Source: Delftia acidovorans NBRC 14950
GTDB taxonomy: Bacteria; Pseudomonadota; Gammaproteobacteria; Burkholderiales; Burkholderiaceae_C
Length of the DNA stretch: 32,000 bases
Reading direction: 5' to 3'
Assembly (NCBI RefSeq): GCF_001598795.1
Contig: NZ_BCZP01000012.1
Coordinates: 90,001-122,000 of the forward strand
How positions within the stretch are numbered: the stretch's first letter is position 1; every line of letters starts with the position of its first letter. The notes under the pieces were generated by a model. The model was not told the origin of the DNA. It saw nothing but the letters and a program-made list of their open reading frames with translations, and did no database searches. The translations under genes and the position numbers were made by a program. Positions 8,535 to 15,092 of the stretch are shown in pieces.

Positions 8535-10379
8535 ATGCGCCTGCGTTCCACCATCGATTTCCTGCTCTATGAATGGCTGCGCGCCGATGCGCTGGGCGAG
8601 CGCGAGCGCTTTGCCGACCATTCGCGCGACACCTTCGATGCCGTGCTCGACACCTGCGAGCGCATCGCCCGCGAGAAATACGCCCCCTTCAACCGCACCG
8701 TGGACACGCAGGAGCCGCAGTTCGACGGCGAGAAAGTCATCCTGCCCCAGTGCACCCACGATGCGCGCCAGGCCTATGCCGACTCGGGCATGCTCAGCGC
8801 CGCCCAGGACTACGACATCGGCGGCATGCAGCTGCCCTATACCGTGGAGGCGGCAGCCAACAGCTTCTTCGCGGCGGCCTCCATCAGCATCGGCTCCAAC
8901 ATGCTGACCTCGGGCAATGCCAATGCCATCATGGCCCACGGCACGGACATGCAAAAACAGGTCTTCGCCACCAATGAATTCAATGGCCGCTGGGCCGGCA
9001 CCATGTGCCTGTCCGAACCCCAGGCCGGCTCCTCGCTGAGCGACATTGCCACCCGTGCCGAGCCCGATGGCGCCGACTTCGAGAGCGATGCGCTGGGTCC
9101 GCGCTACCGCCTCAAGGGCAACAAGATGTGGATCAGCGCGGGCGACCATGAGCTGACCGAGAACATCGTCCATCTGGTGCTGGCCAAGATCCCCGGGCCC
9201 GATGGCAAGCCCGTGCCCGGCGTGCGGGGCATCTCGCTGTTCATCGTGCCCAAGAAGCTCGTGGACACCGAAGGCCAACTCACCGGCGAGCGCAACGACG
9301 TGGCCCTGGCCGGCCTCAACCACAAGCTGGGCTGGCGCGGCACCACCAACACGCTGCTGAACTTCGGGGAAGGCCGCTTTCCCGTGCGCGGCGGTGCCGG
9401 GGCCGTGGGCTACCTGGTCGGCAAGCCCGGCGAGGGCCTCAAATGCATGTTCCACATGATGAACGAGGCCCGCATCTCCATCGGCATGGCCGCCACCATG
9501 CTGGGCCTGGCCGGCTACCACGCCAGCCTGGACTATGCGCAGAATCGCCCGCAGGGCCGGCCGATCAAGGGGGCGCCGGGTGCAGCCGGCAAGGATGCCA
9601 CGCGCCCCCAGTCGCGCATCATCGAGCACGCCGACGTCAAGCGCATGCTGCTGGCGCAAAAGTCCTATTGCGAAGGCGCGCTGGCGCTGAACCTGTTCTG
9701 CGCGCGCCTGGTCGATGAGCAGCACACCGGCACGCCCGAATCCGTGGCCGAGGCAAGGCTGCTGCTGGAAGTGCTCACCCCCATCTCCAAAAGCTGGCCC
9801 AGCGAGTTCTGCCTGGAGGCCAACTCCCTGGCCATCCAGATCCATGGCGGCTACGGCTACACGCGCGACTTCCCCGTGGAGCAATACTGGCGCGACAACC
9901 GCCTGAACATGATCCATGAAGGCACGCACGGCATACAGGCCATGGACCTGCTGGGCCGCAAGGTGCTCATGGAAGGCGGCAAGGGCCTGCAGCTGCTGGC
10001 CACGCGCATCAACGACACCATCCAGCGCGCCATGGCCCGGCCCGAACTGGCCGGCTATGCCAATGAACTGGCCAAGGCCCTGCAGGAAGTCGGCGCCACC
10101 ACCAAGGCCGCATGGGCCACCGACGACCCGCAACAGGCCCTGGCCAATGCCGTGCCCTACATGCAGGCCTTCGGCCACACGGTACTGGCCTGGACCTGGC
10201 TGGACGTGTCCCTGGCCGTGCTGGACAAAGACCCGGGCCTGACCGCTCCCGCCAACGCTGGCCGCATGGCCGCCATGCGCTACTTCTTCGGTTACGAACT
10301 GCCGAAGATCGGCGCCTGGCTCAAGGTCGTGCGTGAGCGCGACATGACCTGTGCGCAGATGAGTGAAGAGGCGTTCTGA
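8535..10379 (+). CDS. Long-form acyl-CoA dehydrogenase (about 614 aa, with a C-terminal extension domain)
   Basis: Track ORF 8427..10379, trimmed to the ATG at 8535 (MRLRSTIDFLLYEWL...). ACAD motifs are WISAGDHELTENIVHLVLAK and IHGGYGYTRDFPVEQYWRDNRLNMIHEGTHGIQ. Confidence 0.88.
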   Translation: MRLRSTIDFLLYEWLRADALGERERFADHSRDTFDAVLDTCERIAREKYAPFNRTVDTQEPQFDGEKVILPQCTHDARQAYADSGMLSAAQDYDIGGMQLPYTVEAAANSFFAAASISIGSNMLTSGNANAIMAHGTDMQKQVFATNEFNGRWAGTMCLSEPQAGSSLSDIATRAEPDGADFESDALGPRYRLKGNKMWISAGDHELTENIVHLVLAKIPGPDGKPVPGVRGISLFIVPKKLVDTEGQLTGERNDVALAGLNHKLGWRGTTNTLLNFGEGRFPVRGGAGAVGYLVGKPGEGLKCMFHMMNEARISIGMAATMLGLAGYHASLDYAQNRPQGRPIKGAPGAAGKDATRPQSRIIEHADVKRMLLAQKSYCEGALALNLFCARLVDEQHTGTPESVAEARLLLEVLTPISKSWPSEFCLEANSLAIQIHGGYGYTRDFPVEQYWRDNRLNMIHEGTHGIQAMDLLGRKVLMEGGKGLQLLATRINDTIQRAMARPELAGYANELAKALQEVGATTKAAWATDDPQQALANAVPYMQAFGHTVLAWTWLDVSLAVLDKDPGLTAPANAGRMAAMRYFFGYELPKIGAWLKVVRERDMTCAQMSEEAF

Positions 10380-10410
10380 GGGAGTTGGCAGCACGGCTGC
10401 CGGAGGATGC

Positions 10411-10447
10411 AAAAAAGCGCGGACCATGTGGTCTGCGCTTTTTTTAT
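10411..10447. terminator. Bidirectional rho-independent terminator between the fad operon and the convergent AT-rich islet
   Basis: AAAAAAGCGCGGACCA-TG-TGGTCTGCGCTTTTTTT: an 11-bp stem flanked by an A-run on one side and a T-run on the other. Confidence 0.8.
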
Positions 10448-10448
10448 T

Positions 10449-10952
10449 TCAGGGATTTTCAAGGTTGCCGGAGAGCCTGGCCTGCTCTTTGACCCATTCC
10501 CTGGTTTTTCCGCGAATGCACCAGTCTGGGTTTTTGACCCAGTCTGTGAAATATATGGTTGGGTGATCCCTTAGGATGCTGCAATTGGTATATCCAAGCT
10601 TTGGCAATGCATAGTACTGCAATGGAATTAATATAATAAATGAAATGGCTATGCTTGCAAAATTAATGGAAAGCATAATTATCAAAATGCGCTCCATAAT
10701 TTTTAGCACTCTTTCTTTGCAAGGAATTGTATTTGCGATCATCGTTAGTAAGAGAATCACTGGTGTTGGAAGTGAAGAGATTAATAGTGGTGTGATTGGG
10801 ACTATTTTTACAATTGCTTCATTGTTGTGAAGGTCCCTAATATTAGGAAGCGTATCATTAATACAAATGAGAACATTGACAATGAATATGAGAATTAGGA
10901 ATGGAATTCCCCATATGGAGTTTCTTCTGTTTGTGATTGTGCGATTTTTCAT
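10449..10952 (-). CDS. 167-aa three-TM membrane protein, putative immunity protein (paralog 1, paired with the orphan toxin fragment)
   Basis: Track ORF with an ATG start. It has a basic N-terminus (MKNRTITNRRNS), three hydrophobic helices and a conserved C-terminal domain: PLQYYALPKLGYTNCSILRDHPTIYFTDWVKNPDWCIRGKTREWVKEQ. It is a same-length paralog of 11458..11961. The region is AT-rich; one 60-nt line (10621..10680) counts 14/60 G+C. The immunity function is inferred from context only. Confidence 0.75.
   Translation of the reverse strand: MKNRTITNRRNSIWGIPFLILIFIVNVLICINDTLPNIRDLHNNEAIVKIVPITPLLISSLPTPVILLLTMIANTIPCKERVLKIMERILIIMLSINFASIAISFIILIPLQYYALPKLGYTNCSILRDHPTIYFTDWVKNPDWCIRGKTREWVKEQARLSGNLENP
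10489..10625. repeat. Copy A of the conserved 3' block of the membrane-protein paralogs
   Basis: Aligns with 11501..11637 at an offset of 1012 nt, including the identical run TTTTTGACCCAGTCTGTGAAATATATGGT. Roughly 80% identity by eye. Confidence 0.75.
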
Positions 10953-10967
10953 CTTCTTTAATTGTTT

Positions 10968-11396
10968 TTATTTTTTTCTGAATTTGACTCGCCAATATTT
11001 ATCGGCTTGATTGAGCGCAAAGCCGGTGATGAGTACGGCTACAGCCATGGCAAAGAGCGGCATCACTGCCACGGTCGTCATTCCAGCGGTTATGGTGGCC
11101 GCCACTATCCCAGCAAGTGTTCCCGGTCCTGCTTTCACGGCCTCTACCCCAATCCCGGCCACAAGATCATGAATGGTCTTCTCGTCATTGAAGATGAAGT
11201 CCCGTGTCTCTATGCCGGTGCCCACCACCAGGCTCAGAAGAAACCCGCCCTTGGCCACATTCTGCAGACCGCGAATGCCCAGGTCCATCTGGACCATACG
11301 TGGATTGGCGGCAAGAAATCGCGTGCCTTGCAGCAGCTGGCGGCGAAGTCCCGCGTGGCTCGTGATAGCGAGGAGGCATTCTGCGCAAGCAGGCAA
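10968..11396 (-). CDS. Orphan, 5'-truncated copy of the C-terminal part of the 325-codon toxin-like gene. It has only a TTG start, so independent expression is doubtful.
   Basis: Residues AGLRRQLLQGTRFLAANPRMVQM.LGIRGLQNVAKGGFLLSLVVGTGIET.DFIFNDEKT.HDLV.GIGVEAVKAG match 11970..12947 at 72 of 76 positions by my count. The sequence then diverges through a Gly/Ala/Thr-rich region and a TM segment, ending in KFRKK. Upstream of the homology there is no ATG, only a TTG. The stop lies 15 nt before the paralog-1 membrane protein ATG. Confidence 0.6.
   Translation of the reverse strand: MPACAECLLAITSHAGLRRQLLQGTRFLAANPRMVQMDLGIRGLQNVAKGGFLLSLVVGTGIETRDFIFNDEKTIHDLVAGIGVEAVKAGPGTLAGIVAATITAGMTTVAVMPLFAMAVAVLITGFALNQADKYWRVKFRKK
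11130..11366. repeat. Copy A of the toxin switch-region repeat (inside the orphan fragment)
   Basis: Aligns by eye with 12303..12539 at an offset of 1173 nt. The core 11161..11366 shows about a dozen mismatches in about 206 nt. Roughly half are synonymous third-position changes in the minus-strand frame. Confidence 0.85.
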
Positions 11397-11457
11397 AGCA
11401 CCTGTCTGACAAGAGACATATCAAAAGCGAAGGCCAAGCGGTCCCCACTTTTCTATT

Positions 11458-11961
11458 TCATGGATTTATTTCTGAATTGCCGGTCAGAAGGGCTTGATCC
11501 TTGACCCATTCTCTGGATTTTCCGCGAACGCACCATTCGGGGTTTTTGACCCAGTCTGTGAAATATATGGTGGGATGCCCTTCCAGGATATTGCAGCGTG
11601 TATAACCAAGTTTGGGCATTGCATAGTATTGCAAAGGAGTTATGAGTGCAAGGCAAGAAGCCATGATTATTAATCCTGCCAGCATGGTTGCGTTAAAGGT
11701 GCGTTCGGTTACCTTTAAAATTGATGTTTTGCATGGTATTGCCTTAGATAATGAGGAAATTAGACCGACTGCCAATATTACGGGAAAATATGCTACGACT
11801 GGTGCACCGGGTGTTATTCTTATTGACGCTGATAGTTCAATGAGATCTTTAATATCATTAAATATTGCATGCTTAATGTACCAAATGCAAAGAACAAAAA
11901 TGAAAACATTTAATGGAATGCCCCATATCAAGGTTTTCCTTATTTTTTCTGCGTCCAACAT
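11458..11961 (-). CDS. 167-aa three-TM membrane protein, putative immunity protein (paralog 2, paired with the full-length toxin-like gene)
   Basis: Track ORF. The ATG at 11961 lies 8 nt after the TAA of the upstream 325-codon gene (TAA TCAAGAAA ATG). The C-terminal domain is PLQYYAMPKLGYTRCNILEGHPTIYFTDWVKNPEWCVRGKSREWVKDQ. The TM region has diverged from paralog 1, but the IWGIP and IPCK landmarks are kept. Confidence 0.75.
   Translation of the reverse strand: MLDAEKIRKTLIWGIPLNVFIFVLCIWYIKHAIFNDIKDLIELSASIRITPGAPVVAYFPVILAVGLISSLSKAIPCKTSILKVTERTFNATMLAGLIIMASCLALITPLQYYAMPKLGYTRCNILEGHPTIYFTDWVKNPEWCVRGKSREWVKDQALLTGNSEINP
11501..11637. repeat. Copy B of the conserved 3' block of the membrane-protein paralogs
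   Basis: See copy A. Confidence 0.75.
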
Positions 11962-11969
11962 TTTCTTGA

Positions 11970-12947
11970 TTAGTTTTTACGATTTGTGCGGCACATAAAT
12001 TCATTTTTGAAAATTTCTGTGGAACAATTGTTAAATTTATACTCTATCTGCTGATAAGGTTTCTGATTATCAAAATTGAGTTTGTCGATATTTATCCGAT
12101 ATATGCCTTGAGGTATGCTACTGGTGGAAATGCGCAGCATATTGATCACACGTTGTTTGATTTTTAAATCATCGTCTATTTGATTCAAGATGATTCCTGT
12201 GACAAGTACGGCCACTGCCACAGCAGCCAAAGGAAGAATTGCAAGGGACGTTGCCGTTGCAAGCTTTATTCCCAAGCCAAGGCCTACCATCGTCGCCAAT
12301 CCCGCCTTGACTGCCTCCACCCCAATCCCTCCCACAAGATCATGCATGGTCTTCTCGTCATTGAAGATGAAGTCCACTGTCTCTATCCCGGTGCCCACCA
12401 CTAGGCTCAGAAGAAACCCGCCCTTGGCCACATTCTGCAGACCGCGAATACCCAGGCCCATCTGGACCATGCGTGGATTGGCGGCAAGGAATCGCGTGCC
12501 TTGCAGCAGCTGGCGGCGAAGTCCCGCGTAGCCCGTGATGATGATATAGGTGCCTGTGGCGGTTGTCTTGATATAGGAGCGGGCACCGGCCAGGCCCAAT
12601 GCAATCAGCGTTTTGGTGATCAGGTACGCGTCGCTGACCATCAGAGAGGCGGGAGCGACCCAGGGTTTGCCTGCATTCGGGCTGGCGGTGTGTGTCCAGT
12701 ATCGCCCAAGCGCACTGTGGGCCAGCATGGCATGCAGCGTGGCCGCCAGGCGAGGATTGTTACGCGCCTTGTCGCTCAGTATGTCTGCATATTCCTGTGG
12801 CTTGAGCACAATGGCATCTATCTGTTTTTGCTCCATTTGGCGAGCAAGCATGTCGGCATAGCCGATCTGATAGAAGGTGGCGGCAATGGAGGCTGGCATG
12901 GTGTATGGAGACGCTGGATCAGAAGCGGAATAGAGGATTCCAGCCAA
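11970..12947 (-). CDS. Hypothetical 325-codon protein, putative membrane-targeting polymorphic toxin. It has no signal peptide and no recognisable domain.
   Basis: Track ORF. The annotated start at 12947 is a TTG with a weak AAGG upstream; the first ATG is at 12899. The C-terminal third contains glycine-zipper-like stretches (GGIGVEAVKAGLATMVGLGLGIKLATATS), a hydrophobic helix (LAILPLAAVAVAVLVTGIIL) and an AT-rich tail of about 65 aa. The toxin call is inferred from architecture, not from homology. Confidence 0.7.
   Translation of the reverse strand: MAGILYSASDPASPYTMPASIAATFYQIGYADMLARQMEQKQIDAIVLKPQEYADILSDKARNNPRLAATLHAMLAHSALGRYWTHTASPNAGKPWVAPASLMVSDAYLITKTLIALGLAGARSYIKTTATGTYIIITGYAGLRRQLLQGTRFLAANPRMVQMGLGIRGLQNVAKGGFLLSLVVGTGIETVDFIFNDEKTMHDLVGGIGVEAVKAGLATMVGLGLGIKLATATSLAILPLAAVAVAVLVTGIILNQIDDDLKIKQRVINMLRISTSSIPQGIYRINIDKLNFDNQKPYQQIEYKFNNCSTEIFKNEFMCRTNRKN
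12303..12539. repeat. Copy B of the toxin switch-region repeat (inside the full-length gene)
   Basis: See copy A. GC-rich conserved block, bounded on its 3' side (minus strand) by diverged AT-rich sequence. Confidence 0.85.
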
Positions 12948-13059
12948 TGCGCCTTGATCAATAAAGGCAATCTGACGGAAATGAGTGGTTGCAAGCAGGA
13001 AAATAATCCGCTGTCAGTGTCCAAGCGGGTTTCTGATGTTTGCTTTGCGAAGAGTCCTC

Positions 13060-13088
13060 ATTTGATTTCATGGCCTGCACGAGGTCAA
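13060..13088 (-). promoter_or_regulatory. Candidate sigma70 promoter for the toxin-like operon
   Basis: On the minus strand: TTGACC (13088..13083), a 17-nt spacer, then TCAAAT (13065..13060). It lies in the AT-rich non-coding stretch upstream of 12947. Pattern match only. Confidence 0.25.
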
Positions 13089-13454
13089 TCAAAGAAGTCG
13101 CCCACAGATCATTTTCAGAATTATCCTTAGGACAATTCCTAAAATCAGGTTTGAAATGTCAGGTGAATAGAGGTGCTGCCAATGAGCGTTTGGTCCCAGG
13201 CAGCGCCATTCGCCATGGGCGGTATTCACGGGGCACAAGCGCAGGCTGCCCGGCTCGGCCACGGGCATTTGCGGATGAAGGATGCGGGGAGAGGTGGTCC
13301 GTACCGCCGCTGCGCTTGCGGGCAGGCTGTTGGACCGGGGTATGGGCTACGGTCTCACCGTGCTGAATGCTTGCAGACGAGGACTCAGGGACCGGGTTTC
13401 AGCGCATCGGAAGCCGTGCAGGCGCTGAAGGCCGCCTGCCGGAGGGTGCATGCC

Positions 13455-13919
13455 TCAAAGATCCAGTCCGAGATAACGCGTGCCCGGCACGGGATTGAAG
13501 CTCACCGGCTCTGCATCCGCAAAACCCAGGGACTCATACAGCCGCTGCGCGGCCTGGAACTCGGGCAGCACGTCCAGGCAGATGCGGGTGTAGCCCGCAT
13601 GCCGCGCGGTGTCCAGGATGCCTTCCACCAGACGGCGACCCAGGTTTTCGCCGCGTACCGTGGGGCGCACGTAGACACGCTTCATTTCGCCTGTCTGCGC
13701 ATCCACCTGGCGCAGGGCGGCGCAGCCCACGGGCTGGCCGTCTTTCCAGGCCAGCAGCACGCAGCCCTCGGGTGCGGCGTACTTGCCGGGCAGGGCGGCG
13801 AACTCGGTCTCGAAGTCCTGGAAGTCCAGGCTCACGGTGGGGCTGGCCACGTATTCCCGGAAGATGCGGACCACGGCGTCGAGGTCTTCGGGAAAGTGGG
13901 CGGGACGGATATCGGTCAT
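13455..13919 (-). CDS. GNAT-family N-acetyltransferase
   Basis: Track ORF 13455..13928 (TTG start), trimmed to the ATG at 13919 (MTDIRPAHFPE...). The acetyl-CoA-binding motif A is VRGENLGRRLV. Confidence 0.85.
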   Translation of the reverse strand: MTDIRPAHFPEDLDAVVRIFREYVASPTVSLDFQDFETEFAALPGKYAAPEGCVLLAWKDGQPVGCAALRQVDAQTGEMKRVYVRPTVRGENLGRRLVEGILDTARHAGYTRICLDVLPEFQAAQRLYESLGFADAEPVSFNPVPGTRYLGLDL

Positions 13920-14088
13920 GGGTGGCAAGGGGTCAAGCCCTGTTCAAGGGCGCTACTCAGTTGGAATGAAAGCGCACAAGGATAGGGCAAGACGCCCGGG
14001 CCGCCGCCGATCCGCTACAGCATGGGCACCACGCCCAAGCACAGGGCATCGTCTTAGGCCGGGCGGGCAACGCGGGATAGCCCGCAAG

Positions 14089-14322
14089 TCACTCCTTCAG
14101 GGGCGCCTGTTCAGTGCGTTCGCACCTGCCGGTTTGCCTGGAGATCTGTGCTCCAGCTTTCAGGCATTTGTCTTTCTCCACATGGTTCAGGATCAACGGC
14201 GCCAGCCACGCTGCCAGCACGGCAAGCGCCAAGGGCAGCACGCCAAGCACCCACAGCATCCACTTCGCCTCACGCCGGAAATGCCCGGAGATTCCTGCGT
14301 TGGGCGATGCGGGATCTTTCAT
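14089..14322 (-). CDS. Small single-TM membrane protein, hypothetical
   Basis: Track ORF 14089..14346 (GTG start); the ATG at 14322 gives MKDPASPN.... A hydrophobic helix (WMLWVLGVLPLALAVLAAWLAPLIL) is present. It lies immediately downstream of 14337..15035. Confidence 0.5.
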   Translation of the reverse strand: MKDPASPNAGISGHFRREAKWMLWVLGVLPLALAVLAAWLAPLILNHVEKDKCLKAGAQISRQTGRCERTEQAPLKE

Positions 14323-14336
14323 GGCGATGGCTCCGC

Positions 14337-15035
14337 TCAACTGCACAAGCGCAGATTGGTGCGCGCAGCCTTGAGCATGGGCAGCACCACATCGGCATCG
14401 GTGGGCGGATAGGCCTCGCGCAGTTCCTGATCCGTCTTGCCGGCTTCCTCGGCCAGCGGGGCCAGGGTCTGGCGGCAGGCGGCTGCGTCGCCCGAGCGAA
14501 GCTGCGCCAGCGCCAGGTCGTTGCGCAGCCAGCCTTTGGCGACGCCGGTCAGCACCTCATCGCAGTCCTGCAGCACCGGCGCCAGCGTGGTCAGCGCCAG
14601 GCGGTAGTCCTTGGCGTCGTACGCGCGCTTGAAGTTTCTGCGCGATGCGGCAATGGCCTTGTCCGTGCAGCCGGGCGTGGGCCGAAGGTAATCGCCACCG
14701 AACCAGGCCCGCATGCCGCAGAAGTCCCTGCATGCATCAGCGGTGGCCGTGTCGCCCCCGACGCGCTGACCGGCAGGCGTGAAGTCCACGGCGCAGGCCG
14801 AATTCGCCATCCTGGCCCGGCCGTTGGTGATGGTGCCTTCCAATTCGCAGGTATGGCCATTGGCGCCCACGGTCTGGATGTGGAACTTGCCGCCAGCCTG
14901 CACCACCAGATCACCGCCCCCGCCTTTGCGGACATAGGTGCCTGGCGCTGGTGTGGTTTGCTGTGCACTGGCTACGCCGATGTGGCAGGCGAGGATTGCG
15001 GCAAGCAGGGCCGGCAGGTGAGTGGCAGGCTTCAT
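14337..15035 (-). CDS. Secreted Cys-containing hypothetical protein (signal peptide plus a helical C-terminal half)
   Basis: The signal peptide is MKPATHLPALLAAILACHIGVASA/QQ. The composition is coding-like and there are several cysteines. I do not recognise a family. Confidence 0.7.
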   Translation of the reverse strand: MKPATHLPALLAAILACHIGVASAQQTTPAPGTYVRKGGGGDLVVQAGGKFHIQTVGANGHTCELEGTITNGRARMANSACAVDFTPAGQRVGGDTATADACRDFCGMRAWFGGDYLRPTPGCTDKAIAASRRNFKRAYDAKDYRLALTTLAPVLQDCDEVLTGVAKGWLRNDLALAQLRSGDAAACRQTLAPLAEEAGKTDQELREAYPPTDADVVLPMLKAARTNLRLCS

Positions 15036-15092
15036 GGGGCGAGGGTGAGAGCGGCGATGGCGTCGAGTGTATCTACGCCAGGCGGCCGTCCC

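Noticed and set aside
5071-10427. Very long minus-strand ORFs (5071..7257, 728 aa; 7053..10427, 1124 aa) antisense to the fad operon
   Set aside because: They are shadow ORFs typical of GC-rich DNA. Their translations are low-complexity and rich in Gly, Ala, Arg, His, Val and Asp, with no recognisable motifs. The plus strand encodes three genes with clear catalytic signatures and Shine-Dalgarno sequences.
10645-11998. Plus-strand ORFs inside the AT-rich islet (10645..10830, 10962..11504, 11642..11998, 12190..12531, 12501..13130)
   Set aside because: Several span the boundaries of two minus-strand genes. The substitutions between the two repeat copies are synonymous in the minus-strand frame. 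The minus-strand products also show coherent TM architecture and paralogy.
13419-13441. Hairpin GCAGGCG-N7-CGCCTGC downstream of the GNAT gene as a terminator
   Set aside because: A 7-bp stem without a following U-tract on the relevant strand is weak evidence.
10380-13454. tRNA, integrase, transposase, IS ends or att-like direct repeats bounding the AT-rich islet
   Set aside because: I searched by eye for tRNA T-arm-like GGTTCGA motifs, for terminal inverted repeats and for recombinase-like ORFs, and found none.
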